From positions 141,932 to 205,931 of IMG/VR virus record IMGVR_UViG_3300002835_000007: 64,000 nt of DNA. One strand, 5' to 3'. The notes beneath the pieces were generated by a model, which was not told the DNA's origin, did not search any database, and was given only the letters and a program-made list of their open reading frames with translations. Position 1 is the first letter of the stretch. Each line of letters starts with the position of its first letter. This document shows, one piece after another, positions 47,445 through 57,840 of the stretch. The position numbers and the translations under genes were made by a program.

Positions 47445-50400
47445 ATGAGTAGTACAAAAACAAAAGTAAGTAATGAGGAAATAGAAACCTTTTTGCAAGG
47501 TTCAAACCCAGAAAAATACATTGTAGCTATAGAATCTAACTACAGTGAACCAACAGTTACGTTGGTTGTCAATGACCCAGAAAGCGGTAAATACTTATAC
47601 AATGATACCTATAAACCGTTCTTATGGTTTAAAGAAGAAGTAACTTCTATGATTTATGGCGGTAAACGCCTTAAAATCATGCAAGCTTGTCGTGACTATG
47701 GTATTAAAATCACAAAACTTAATACTAGCAGCGAAGATGGTTATACACCAGAACGCATGGAAGATGGATATAAGTACATGGCTACTTGTAAACATTCTTA
47801 CAACAACCTTTTAAAGTTTTTTAAAGAGGGTGGTATAGATGTATTTAGTGATAAACACATTGACCCAAATGATGATAAGTCACCAATGTTTAGAAGTTTC
47901 TTTGTTATGTTTAGCCCTACTGAACAATACCTTATCCAAAGTGGTAAAAGATTGTTCAATGGAATGGATGACTATGATGATGTCCATAGATTTCAATTTG
48001 ACTTAGAGACTGAAGGATTGTTTGCAAGTAAAAATGCAATCTTTCAGATAGGTGTACGTGATAACAAAGGACTAGAAGGTGTTTTAGAAACTATTGGTTC
48101 TACTTCTGTTGATAAACGTAATAGTGAGAGAGAAAACATTGAGAAGTTCTTTAAAATTATCGATGCAGTTCAACCAGACATTATTACTGGTTATAACTCT
48201 GAGAACTTTGACTGGCCTTTCTTATTTGAACGTGCTGAACGTTTATCTATTCCAATTACAGAGTTAGCTATTACACTTAATAGGTTATCTAAGATTAAAA
48301 GAAAAGATTCGTCACTTAAATTAGGTGGTGAAACTGAAAGATATAAACAAACACATATGTTTGGTTATAACATCATGGATATTTCACATGCTGTACGTAG
48401 AGCAATGGCTATTAACTCTGAGATTAAATCTTGGGGTTTGAAGTATATTACTCAATATTCTGAAATTGCAAAACCTAATCGTGTTTATGTTCCAGGTGAT
48501 AAAATAAACACAACATGGGCTGATAAGGTAAACCAATACGCATTTAACAATACTGATGGTGATTGGTATATAATTACTGATAAAAAACCATTAAAAGATG
48601 GTTACAGAATAGTTAAAGGTGATTATATTGTTCAGAGATATCTTTGTGATGACTTATGGGAAACTGAACAGATTGATAATATTTTCAATCAAGCATCTTT
48701 CCTTATTGCTAAAATGTTACCTACAACTTTTATGCGTAGTTCTACGATGGGTACTGCTGGTCAATGGAAACTTATCATGGCTGCATGGTCTTATGAAAGA
48801 GGATTAGCTATCCCAGCTGGGTTACCTAAAAGAGATTTTACTGGTGGTTTATCTCGTCTATTGGAAGTTGGTTATGCTAGAGGTGTTGTTAAGTTAGACT
48901 TTGCTGCACTATACCCTAAGATTCAGTTAACTCACTTAATCTTCCCAGACTTAGATATTTCTGGTGTGATGGAAGGAATGTTAACATACGTTGTTGATAC
49001 ACGTGATAAGTTTAAATTCTTGACTGGTACTGAAAAGAAAAAAGCTAAGAAACTTGAAATGCTGATTAAACCAGACCCTAAAACAATGACCCCAGAAGAA
49101 ATAGCTGAAATACAAGCTAGAGTTGCAGCTATGAGTAAAGAAGAGTTAAATGAAATAAAACAAAAAATTGCTGAGCATAAAGCATTGGCTAACATTTATG
49201 ATAAGAAACAGTTACCTCTTAAAATATTGGCTAACTCATGGTTTGGTTCATATGGTGCACCATATATCTTTAACTGGGGTGATACTGACTCTGCGGAAGA
49301 AACAACTTGTCGTGGTCGTCAATACTTACGTCTTATGGTGCGTCACTTCACTGAAAAACATGGTTTTAGAGCTCTTGTAGGTGATACTGATGGTTTCAAC
49401 TTTGCTTTTCCAGATAACATTGATGAAATAAAATATGTTGCTAAGGGTTCACACTGGAAAACTGTTGATGATGGAGGGAAAGAATTAATTGGGTTGGATG
49501 CTGTATTGGCAGAATTCAATGAGAATTACATGGAAGGTCGTATGGGTCTAGATATCGATGATATTTGTAACTCAACAATCAACTTTGCTCGTAAGAACTA
49601 TGCGAATGATATAGGTGGTAAGATTAAGTTGGTTGGTAACTCGGTTAAATCTAAAAAGATGTCAGTTTACATTGAAGAATTTTTAGGGAAAGGAATTAGA
49701 ATGTTATTGGATGGTGATGGTTATAGTTTTATTAACTTATACCATGAATATGTTGATAAGATTTATAATTATCAAATTCCGCTTGTTAAGATGGCTTCAA
49801 AAGCAAAAGTGAAGTCAAGCATCAACGAATACAAAAAGAAGTCTTTAACGAAGAATAAAGCTGGTAATCCGATGCCTAAACAAGCACACATGGAGTTAAT
49901 AATGCAAAGCAATTTGGATGTTAATTTAGGTGATGTAATGTATTATATTAACACTGGTTCAGCAAAGTCTCATGGTGATTTAAAAACTGTTGATAAAAAC
50001 AAAATGACCAAAAAAGAAAAACAAGCATTTTTTGAAGCTAATGGTCATTACCCACCAGTTGATAAAGTTGTTGAGTTAAATTGTAAACTTATCGACCAAG
50101 ATACAGTTGAACGTGATTTTGAGAACATTAAAGAAATGGAAATGCTTAAAAAAGCTTTGGTTGCGATGGAAGAGAATGAAGAAAAAGACACTGAAGAGTA
50201 TAAAAACATTCAAAAAAGAATACAAGAAATAGATAACAACCTATATACTGATGAGTATAACGTTGCTCGTTATTTAGATGCATTTAATAAGAAAGTTAAA
50301 CCTCTTTTAGTTTGTTTTAATCCAGATGTTCGTTCAAAAATATTATTAGATATTGTTAAAGTAAAAGACAAGACTACTAAAAAAGCTGTTGAGCGATTAA

Positions 50401-51311
50401 AAGAAAGAGTTATATTCACAAAAGGTGAATGTGAACTAGTTTCTGGAATGCCATTTAAAGATAGCGACCAAGATTCATATGAAGACCTTATGAGAATGGA
50501 AGATAAAGAAATCAAATTCTGGGATAAGGTTAATAAAGTTCCAAATAACATGGAAGTGGAAGAATGGGAAGAAATAAGAGCTGATTACCATGAAAGAATG
50601 AGAATAGCAAAAGAAGAAGGTATTCAGCATGAAAAAGAACTTTTAGATAAAATGTTCAAACATTTAGAATTAAGTGCTTTAATTGGTATCAGAAAAAATG
50701 GTGATTTAGGACTTGAAATTCTAAACATTGTTGGTATTGATGATGAAGGTTCTGGTATGTTAATTTCTAGAAAATGGGGTGAACCACTTTATCATATTAC
50801 AGATGTGTTTAAATATCAAAAAGAAGCTACTGAAAGAGATAAATATTATAATATAACTGGTAATGAGAATGATGATAATAGATATGAACAATGGTTAGAT
50901 TATATTGCAGAATGTGAAGTTATGACTGGTAAAACACATACTTATTCTGATTATGAAGAAGCACCATGTGATTTTGACCCAGTAATACATGAAGAAGAAA
51001 TTAAGTCTATTATTCAAACTGTTAGTAAAAAATTAGAGTCTATTGTTGCTGCAAATACAGAAGTTATCAAACCTAAAAGAAAATATTCGGAAAACGAAGA
51101 AGATGAAGATGATGACTTAGAAGAGGATGAAAATGGTAACATCATCAGAAATGACGAAGATTTACAATTAGATGATGAGTATGATGACACTTTCGGTGAA
51201 ATGCCAGAAGAATATCTAGATATGTTAGCTAGTGTGAATGGTGTGGATAAAGAACCAGAACTACAAGTAGAAACTAAACAAGAAGAACCAGAAGATGAAT
51301 GGGGATTCTAA
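47445..51311 (+). CDS. polB: family B DNA polymerase with 3'-5' exonuclease
   Basis: FDLETEG, YNSENFD, YLCDD; DFAALYP, KILANSWFG, GDTDG, KNY. Confidence 0.95.
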   Translation: MSSTKTKVSNEEIETFLQGSNPEKYIVAIESNYSEPTVTLVVNDPESGKYLYNDTYKPFLWFKEEVTSMIYGGKRLKIMQACRDYGIKITKLNTSSEDGYTPERMEDGYKYMATCKHSYNNLLKFFKEGGIDVFSDKHIDPNDDKSPMFRSFFVMFSPTEQYLIQSGKRLFNGMDDYDDVHRFQFDLETEGLFASKNAIFQIGVRDNKGLEGVLETIGSTSVDKRNSERENIEKFFKIIDAVQPDIITGYNSENFDWPFLFERAERLSIPITELAITLNRLSKIKRKDSSLKLGGETERYKQTHMFGYNIMDISHAVRRAMAINSEIKSWGLKYITQYSEIAKPNRVYVPGDKINTTWADKVNQYAFNNTDGDWYIITDKKPLKDGYRIVKGDYIVQRYLCDDLWETEQIDNIFNQASFLIAKMLPTTFMRSSTMGTAGQWKLIMAAWSYERGLAIPAGLPKRDFTGGLSRLLEVGYARGVVKLDFAALYPKIQLTHLIFPDLDISGVMEGMLTYVVDTRDKFKFLTGTEKKKAKKLEMLIKPDPKTMTPEEIAEIQARVAAMSKEELNEIKQKIAEHKALANIYDKKQLPLKILANSWFGSYGAPYIFNWGDTDSAEETTCRGRQYLRLMVRHFTEKHGFRALVGDTDGFNFAFPDNIDEIKYVAKGSHWKTVDDGGKELIGLDAVLAEFNENYMEGRMGLDIDDICNSTINFARKNYANDIGGKIKLVGNSVKSKKMSVYIEEFLGKGIRMLLDGDGYSFINLYHEYVDKIYNYQIPLVKMASKAKVKSSINEYKKKSLTKNKAGNPMPKQAHMELIMQSNLDVNLGDVMYYINTGSAKSHGDLKTVDKNKMTKKEKQAFFEANGHYPPVDKVVELNCKLIDQDTVERDFENIKEMEMLKKALVAMEENEEKDTEEYKNIQKRIQEIDNNLYTDEYNVARYLDAFNKKVKPLLVCFNPDVRSKILLDIVKVKDKTTKKAVERLKERVIFTKGECELVSGMPFKDSDQDSYEDLMRMEDKEIKFWDKVNKVPNNMEVEEWEEIRADYHERMRIAKEEGIQHEKELLDKMFKHLELSALIGIRKNGDLGLEILNIVGIDDEGSGMLISRKWGEPLYHITDVFKYQKEATERDKYYNITGNENDDNRYEQWLDYIAECEVMTGKTHTYSDYEEAPCDFDPVIHEEEIKSIIQTVSKKLESIVAANTEVIKPKRKYSENEEDEDDDLEEDENGNIIRNDEDLQLDDEYDDTFGEMPEEYLDMLASVNGVDKEPELQVETKQEEPEDEWGF

Positions 51312-51316
51312 TAAAT

Positions 51317-51348
51317 AAAAAAGGGGCGATTAAGCCCCTTTTCTTTTT
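51317..51348. terminator. bidirectional intrinsic terminator between convergent genes
   Basis: A6-GGGGC-GATTAA-GCCCC-TTTTCTTTTT. Confidence 0.9.
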
Positions 51349-52493
51349 TAATATACCCAGAACCCCATAGGTCTGAATTTCATTGCTTTATTTAAGTTCT
51401 CAGCTTCATTAGCACCTCTTTCTAATTGTTTAGTAGATGATAGTCTTTCTAATCTAGCGTCTAATCTTTCTAACACAGCTTTTTTCTCATCATTTCCTTC
51501 AGATAGTAATGAATCATAATCCATAGTTCTTTCAGCTCCTTCAACACCTACAATACCCCCAAATTTACCTCTAACTCTACCTAAAGTTCTTTTACCTTCA
51601 GCTATAAATAATTGACGAACAAGTGTTTTAGTTGGTTCGTTAAAGTCAGCATAATCTAATTTAGATAATGGGACTTGATTAGGCATTTTGATAATATCTG
51701 GATTGTCTTGTCTACATTGGTCAACATTATCTGGGTTAGTGTCGTAATAAAAATACCATACTTGACATCCAGTCATATTAATAGAACTACCAACACCACC
51801 GATACCTTGTCCAAATGATAATTTAGAACCTGGGGTGCTCATTAAATGTAATAATTTTGTTCCGTCTGGTCCAGCAGTTATTTTATGAACCAATTCACTT
51901 CTAACAATACGATTTTTTAAATTCATATCGGCAGCTGTTAATAAAATATCAAATGCTGGTGCTATGTAATAACCAGAACGAGCAGCACCACCAGCACCAC
52001 CAGTACCTAAACCACCACCCATTTGTGCGAATCCACCACCAAATCCGTAGTCAATACCACCATAGTTAGCTAGTAACGCTTGGCTTGTTGCTGGTGGTGT
52101 AATCCATAATACTTCATTTATTTCACGACCAGCTGGAATTTGGTAAACTTGTCTACCAGATTCTAACGTAACAAAATCTTTTTTAAGTTCCCATGGACCT
52201 CTTGTCTGTAAACCTACTTGTTTAGAGTAAGCATACGTATATTGTGTCATGAAATCAAAATTTCTAACACTCAACGCAAATGCCATATCCAATGTGTCTA
52301 TACTTTGACCAATCAATGATTGCCATTGATGTTCAATTAACCATTCTTGAACATATTGTGCGTAATCTTCAATACAAATCTCTAATAACGTACATAATTG
52401 GTCATCCGTTAATTCAATTTGACGTGTAGGGGCACCCAATGAGTGTCTTAACTGTCTGAATAGTTTTTCTTTTTCTTCTAAACTAACTCCCAT
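51348..52493 (-). CDS. neck/head-tail adaptor protein (T4 gp13-like)
   Basis: LG.P...IEL.DDQL; Gly-rich loop; KRTLGRVRGKF.G; late motif at 52511-52518. Confidence 0.7.
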   Translation of the reverse strand: MGVSLEEKEKLFRQLRHSLGAPTRQIELTDDQLCTLLEICIEDYAQYVQEWLIEHQWQSLIGQSIDTLDMAFALSVRNFDFMTQYTYAYSKQVGLQTRGPWELKKDFVTLESGRQVYQIPAGREINEVLWITPPATSQALLANYGGIDYGFGGGFAQMGGGLGTGGAGGAARSGYYIAPAFDILLTAADMNLKNRIVRSELVHKITAGPDGTKLLHLMSTPGSKLSFGQGIGGVGSSINMTGCQVWYFYYDTNPDNVDQCRQDNPDIIKMPNQVPLSKLDYADFNEPTKTLVRQLFIAEGKRTLGRVRGKFGGIVGVEGAERTMDYDSLLSEGNDEKKAVLERLDARLERLSSTKQLERGANEAENLNKAMKFRPMGFWVY

Positions 52494-52532
52494 AATTTAT
52501 TTATTTACTTATAAATATGAGAATAAACACAA

Positions 52533-52787
52533 TTATGCTAAAAATTTCTTTGTTAATTCAGCAGCTTCTGTAATACTTTTAAACGAAACGTTTGGAATCA
52601 ATAATTGATTACCAACTTTAACGATAGGAACTTCATCAGCATTAGAAATTTTTCTTACTTTTTCAAATTCTTCAACATTTTCATCTAATTGAATATCGAC
52701 ATCTCTAAATTCAATACCTTCATTAGTTAAAATTTCTTTTAATTCTGCACAATAAGGACAGCCATTAAATCCATAAATAGTTACCAT
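52533..52787 (-). CDS. glutaredoxin (NrdH-like)
   Basis: CPYC, VP cis-Pro motif. Confidence 0.92.
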   Translation of the reverse strand: MVTIYGFNGCPYCAELKEILTNEGIEFRDVDIQLDENVEEFEKVRKISNADEVPIVKVGNQLLIPNVSFKSITEAAELTKKFLA

Positions 52788-52792
52788 ATTTT

Positions 52793-54631
52793 TTAATCTA
52801 TTAATTGTTCTGCTAATAAAGCAGTTATTTCATCTTCTGTTCTTGTTTTTTCACCCATAATAGTTGAAATCACATCTTTTTTATTTCTAAGCATTTCCCA
52901 CATTCTTGTTGAGATAGTATCCTCAAACAATTGGTAGTAAACGTTTACATCATTATTTTGACCAATACGATATGCTCTATCTTCAGCTTGTTCATTGTTA
53001 CCTGGCACCCAATCAAACGAATTAAATATAACAACGGTTGCTTCAGTCAATGTAATACCAACACCAGCACTTTTGATGTTTCCAACAAAAACTTTTATTT
53101 TGTCATTGTTTTGGAATTGGTCAACTGAATGTTGTTTTTTGGTAGATGACATAAGACCATTGTGTCTTACAGCAATTTTACCAAAATGATTTGCAATTGT
53201 TTCTAACTCATCTGAGAATGATGTAAATATAATAACTTTTCTACCCATTTCAATAGCGTTTTCAACCATTTCAATAGTGTATTGAATTGCTTCATTGGCG
53301 ATAAACTGTCTTAACAAAATAAGTTCAACCAAATCTTTTTGAGATTCGTTAGTTCTTTTACCTTGTTTCTTTTTAAGCTCAACATATTCATCCCATAATT
53401 GTTCATACATTCTCCAACCTTTAGCATCTAATTGATGATACATTGGAGTAACGATTTTGTCTGGCATGTCGATAGCGTCTGTTTTCAAACGTCTTAATAA
53501 GATGTTTTTGGTTTTGTTTGACAATTCTTCTAGATTTGACGCACCATCTGTTAACCAGATTTGCTTTCTTTGGCCATTTTTAAGCGTTCTAAAGAACTGT
53601 CTACCTTCACAGTATCTTACAGCATAGTGTTTCCAATTATCTGCGATAGGAGACTTAATTATCTTTAAAAGATTAAAAAAGTCCATAGGTCTATTTGCGA
53701 CTGGAGTACCAGTAAGAAGCCATACTTTTGGTATATTATACTTGACGCATACATCAACCATGATTTTACCTCTAATACTTTCATTGTTTTTCAAGTTATG
53801 TGCTTCATCGACAATACATAAATCAAATTTTTCATTAACCATATCTCTAATTAAGATAGGTTCTTTTTCACCCTCTTTTTTCTTTTTAGGTGTTTCTAAA
53901 GTATGAAAATTCTTTAATATGTCGAAGTTTATTATTGTGAATTTACTAGAATCCCATTTTTTACCATCAATGATTGTGGTTTCATTACAGAACACTTTTA
54001 TTTCACGTTCCCAGTTTATTTTTGTTGATGATGTAGTTACGATAAGAATTTTATCAGCACCACTTTCTATTGCAGCGATGATTGATTGCATCGATTTACC
54101 TAAACCCATGTCATCGGCTAATATACAACCATTTCTAGATAATAGAAATTTAATTCCGTCTTCTTGGTGTTTGTATAAACTTTTCCCGTATTGGCTTAGA
54201 ATATCATTGTATTTAGTAAAATCAACATCAACATGTATCTGTTCAAAATATGGGTCATCAGTTACTTGTGTTTTTGGTAACCAATACATTTTTGATTCCT
54301 TTTGATTTTGTTTTATTTTACCGTATATGTGAAAACTTTTATCTGTGTCAGCTAATATAAATTCAATAAGAACTTTTTCTGGTATAAATGATAACTCATC
54401 TAACTTTTTAAGTTCTTCCCCTAAATAAGGTGTAATACCTATAACTCTATTAATATATTGTGGTTCTTTATCGTGATTCTCTACGATATATCTAGATTGA
54501 TTCTCTGTTAATTGAATCTTTTTATTCTTAATGAATTCGTTTTTAAGTTTTTTAATATACGGATTTATACCCTCATATCCTTCTAGTAAAGATAAGGCTG
54601 AATGGCTTTTTAAATCATTAATATCAATCAC
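52793..54631 (-). CDS. SNF2-family (SMARCAL1/HARP-like) helicase
   Basis: LADDMGLGKS, DEAH, LTGTP..NRP, GVGITL, QAEDRAYRIGQ. Confidence 0.93.
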   Translation of the reverse strand: MIDINDLKSHSALSLLEGYEGINPYIKKLKNEFIKNKKIQLTENQSRYIVENHDKEPQYINRVIGITPYLGEELKKLDELSFIPEKVLIEFILADTDKSFHIYGKIKQNQKESKMYWLPKTQVTDDPYFEQIHVDVDFTKYNDILSQYGKSLYKHQEDGIKFLLSRNGCILADDMGLGKSMQSIIAAIESGADKILIVTTSSTKINWEREIKVFCNETTIIDGKKWDSSKFTIINFDILKNFHTLETPKKKKEGEKEPILIRDMVNEKFDLCIVDEAHNLKNNESIRGKIMVDVCVKYNIPKVWLLTGTPVANRPMDFFNLLKIIKSPIADNWKHYAVRYCEGRQFFRTLKNGQRKQIWLTDGASNLEELSNKTKNILLRRLKTDAIDMPDKIVTPMYHQLDAKGWRMYEQLWDEYVELKKKQGKRTNESQKDLVELILLRQFIANEAIQYTIEMVENAIEMGRKVIIFTSFSDELETIANHFGKIAVRHNGLMSSTKKQHSVDQFQNNDKIKVFVGNIKSAGVGITLTEATVVIFNSFDWVPGNNEQAEDRAYRIGQNNDVNVYYQLFEDTISTRMWEMLRNKKDVISTIMGEKTRTEDEITALLAEQLID

Positions 54632-54667
54632 TTTTATTTGTTTATTTAAACAATGTTATAATATTTA

Positions 54668-54696
54668 AATATAATAAATTTTTAAATAAAAATCAA
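54668..54696 (-). promoter_or_regulatory. host-type promoter TTGATT-N17-TATATT
   Basis: Upstream of the helicase; back-to-back with late motif 54724-54732 on plus. Confidence 0.65.
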
Positions 54697-54741
54697 TAGT
54701 TGTGATTATTATTTATTAGATTAATATTTATAAATAAAGAT

Positions 54742-55260
54742 ATGGGAAATAACAAAATAACACCGATTACTAGGATAAATAAATTCTTCTCAAATGAGGA
54801 TTTTAATCTAGAAATTTCTATGGGTAGAGAGGCCGTAGAAGGTGATGGTAATTTTACTATAATTTTATATAGTGTTGATAGAGAAATGTCAGCATCTGAT
54901 AATGTATATGGTGAAGCACCTATTGATGGTATTAAGTTTTTACCGCCAGTTGAACTTAAAGTGGCTCCGATGATGGCCGCAGCAGAAAATAAAGCATACA
55001 ATGAAGGTATGTTAAGATATTTACAAGATGGTCAATTTACATTTGGTATTTATGATAGTCAATTAAGTGAATTAGATACAAATATTTATTATGGTGATTA
55101 TATAGGTTACCCAGTAAGCGAAACGGAAATAAGATACTTTAGTGTTGTTAATGACGGTATTAAAAATTATGATAATCAACACACAATAATGGGATACAAA
55201 GCAGCATATAGAACGATTGTTTGTGCAGCAGTTGATTCTAGCGAATTTAATGGAATGTAA
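54742..55260 (+). CDS. head completion/neck protein (gp14-like)
   Basis: G..IILY.V......NVYGE..KF..P motif; late motif upstream. Confidence 0.6.
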   Translation: MGNNKITPITRINKFFSNEDFNLEISMGREAVEGDGNFTIILYSVDREMSASDNVYGEAPIDGIKFLPPVELKVAPMMAAAENKAYNEGMLRYLQDGQFTFGIYDSQLSELDTNIYYGDYIGYPVSETEIRYFSVVNDGIKNYDNQHTIMGYKAAYRTIVCAAVDSSEFNGM

Positions 55261-55266
55261 TAAACA

Positions 55267-56325
55267 ATGAGTGTACCTAAAGGATTTAAAACGGGAATAA
55301 AAATTACAAATCAGAAAGTAGGTCCAGAAAGACGACAAGAAATTTTGGATGGGATTGCTGATAATGGTACCTTTTTACCTAGAGGTGTCCTAGAGGAAGA
55401 TATGGACCAAACTTTCTTAGAGTTTATAAACAGCGATAAAAGGATATCTTTAAATATCGATGGTAAGAAAGTTCCAGTTATATTTTTAACTATTCAAAGA
55501 TGGACAGAGTTTAGCAAAACATGGCAATTTTCCGATAAATTTAAAAACATTGAATTACCATTTATTACAATTGTTAGAAAACCAGATATTCAACAAGGTC
55601 AAAACCAAGCTGGGTTATGGAATATTCCAGTAAATAGAACTTATACATATATGAAGGTTCCTACTTGGGACGGTGTTAGACGTGGTGTTGATGTTTATAA
55701 AGTACCGCAACCTACTTCAGTTGATATGTCATATGAAGTGAGATTGTTTACTAACAGAATGAAAGATTTGAATGAGTTTAATAGATTAATTCAAAGAGCT
55801 TTTCAATCTAGACAGTGTTACATAAACGTAAATGGCCACCCTATGCCGCTGCATTTAGAGTCAATCGGTGATGAAAGTAATATTGATGATTTTGAAAATA
55901 GAAGATTTTATGTTCAATTGTTTGAAATGAAGTTGTTAGGTTATATTTTAGATGAAAATGATTATGAAATAGTGCCAACAATAAACAGACAAATGGTTAC
56001 TTTAGAAATAGCTACTGACAAAATATACAATGACGTTATATTTGAACCAGTTAAAAGAGGTAATTCCCTTACTTTTAACTTTTTATTCAAATCAAAATCT
56101 GAACCTAGATTTTCATTTGTATCACAATATGGTGCTTATATAACGCAATTAAAAGATGTTGTGGACATAAATAGGATAGTCATTTCAATTAATGGTTCTG
56201 TTGTTTTTGATGGCACAGTTTTAACCACACCAATTACTATAAATGGTAGTGATACTGTTGTAATAAGAATTTATAAAAACTTCTATTCAAATGGAAGTTT
56301 TAGATTAATAGGAAGTACATTGTAA
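55267..56325 (+). CDS. tail completion/terminator protein (gp15-like)
   Basis: VPVIF..RW, LPFITI.R, P..VD..YEV.LFT. Confidence 0.6.
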   Translation: MSVPKGFKTGIKITNQKVGPERRQEILDGIADNGTFLPRGVLEEDMDQTFLEFINSDKRISLNIDGKKVPVIFLTIQRWTEFSKTWQFSDKFKNIELPFITIVRKPDIQQGQNQAGLWNIPVNRTYTYMKVPTWDGVRRGVDVYKVPQPTSVDMSYEVRLFTNRMKDLNEFNRLIQRAFQSRQCYINVNGHPMPLHLESIGDESNIDDFENRRFYVQLFEMKLLGYILDENDYEIVPTINRQMVTLEIATDKIYNDVIFEPVKRGNSLTFNFLFKSKSEPRFSFVSQYGAYITQLKDVVDINRIVISINGSVVFDGTVLTTPITINGSDTVVIRIYKNFYSNGSFRLIGSTL

Positions 56326-57131
56326 TGGGATATCTGTATAATTATGACGTAAATGAAACTTTTATTATTGAAGCTTTATCATTAAGTGGTGATATACCTA
56401 CAGTTTCAGCATGTACCGCAATTTTTAGTAATTCATTCGCTTCATGTAGCGGTGATACCCAAATTATTATGGGTACTGGAACTATAATATTTGATGGTAA
56501 TGTTAGTGGTGAAAATATTAGTGGAAATACTTTTAACGCTGCAACATATTATAGTGGTAGTACAAATCTTTTTGACATAATAATATCGACTACTTCAAAT
56601 CAATCAATAACTGGGGGTACATTTAATAATAATACAGATACTTTAACTTTATTTAAGGGTAATGGTAGTTCTTTAAATATAACTGGCGTTACTGATTATT
56701 ATATTACTGGTGGTACATTTAATAAAACAACAAAAATTTTAAGTTACACTAGAAATGATAACCAAAAAATAGATGTTGAACTACCAGTTAGAACTTTTTT
56801 AAGTAATACTGGTCAAACGATATCTAACCAAACATTAATTATTGATACAGTAACTGCAATTAAAGATAATTCTAACACATTTTTTGTTTCATATGTTAAC
56901 GCATACAATAGTTCTACTAACTATGGGTTCTGGAAAAGAACATTGGCATTAAATAAAACATCTGGTGTGTTAACAATAATAGGTGAAAATTCTGATTTTG
57001 ATAGAATTTCTAGTGGAATGACACCAAACTCAATTGTTTACTCTGCAAATAGTGGTAATTTATCAATTATTATTAGTGGTGAAACAGCAAAAAATTATAC
57101 ATGGTCTTCAAATTGGGAGATTATAAGCTAA
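56325..57131 (+). CDS. putative fibre/decoration protein
   Basis: S/T/G/N-rich; ITGGTF modules; SAC-x10-CSGDTQI. Confidence 0.6.
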   Translation: MGYLYNYDVNETFIIEALSLSGDIPTVSACTAIFSNSFASCSGDTQIIMGTGTIIFDGNVSGENISGNTFNAATYYSGSTNLFDIIISTTSNQSITGGTFNNNTDTLTLFKGNGSSLNITGVTDYYITGGTFNKTTKILSYTRNDNQKIDVELPVRTFLSNTGQTISNQTLIIDTVTAIKDNSNTFFVSYVNAYNSSTNYGFWKRTLALNKTSGVLTIIGENSDFDRISSGMTPNSIVYSANSGNLSIIISGETAKNYTWSSNWEIIS

Positions 57132-57159
57132 GGTTTAATATTTATAAATAAATAAGTAG

Positions 57160-57807
57160 ATGGCAACTAACATTAGGTCGATATCAATTGGTGTAATTCT
57201 TATACAAAATGGGAATGGTGTTCCAACACACATTTCCTCTAAGGGTACATTGTTCGTAAATTTAGATACAGCAATATTATACATCAATAAAGATGGTATT
57301 GCTACATGGGAAACAAATAACAGTGGGGGTTTTACTTTAACTCAAAACCAATTTAATGCTATTACTGGTGCTACATCACCTAGTAGTACTAATGTCTTTG
57401 CTACTATATCTGATATAGTAAGTTCTGCTTTTACTGGTGGTACTGTAAATGGTTTAACAACCTTTACTGCTGGTTTATCAGCAACTACAATAAGTGCTTG
57501 TACATCAGTACAGACAAATAAATTAATTAGTTGTAGTGGTGACACTCAAATTAGTTTATCTAGTGGTCAAACAATTTTTAACACTAATCTAACACCAAAC
57601 TTAGACGCTACTATTGATGTTGGTACTTCATCTAAAAGATTTAGAGATATAAATACTGTTAGTGGAACATCTACTGTTTGGACTTCAACTATTAAAGTGA
57701 CAACACCTACATTAGATTTAGGTAATGATTCTCTAGGTAATTTAAGACAAATCACAGCAAATAATTCAATAATACAAGATGACGCTCTTTTGGGTGGAAC
57801 TTATTAA
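57160..57807 (+). CDS. putative short fibre protein
   Basis: GVP..KG.L..N.....LY..W motif; SAC-x10-CSGDTQI; ends LGGTY; late motif 57138. Confidence 0.6.
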   Translation: MATNIRSISIGVILIQNGNGVPTHISSKGTLFVNLDTAILYINKDGIATWETNNSGGFTLTQNQFNAITGATSPSSTNVFATISDIVSSAFTGGTVNGLTTFTAGLSATTISACTSVQTNKLISCSGDTQISLSSGQTIFNTNLTPNLDATIDVGTSSKRFRDINTVSGTSTVWTSTIKVTTPTLDLGNDSLGNLRQITANNSIIQDDALLGGTY

Positions 57808-57840
57808 AAAAATAATATATTTATATAAAAACAATTAAAA

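Noticed and set aside
47445-54631. Inteins, introns or homing endonucleases in polB and the helicase
   Set aside because: Catalytic motifs are normally spaced; no C/S...HN splice junctions or LAGLIDADG/HNH/GIY-YIG motifs seen. The extra length is a C-terminal extension.
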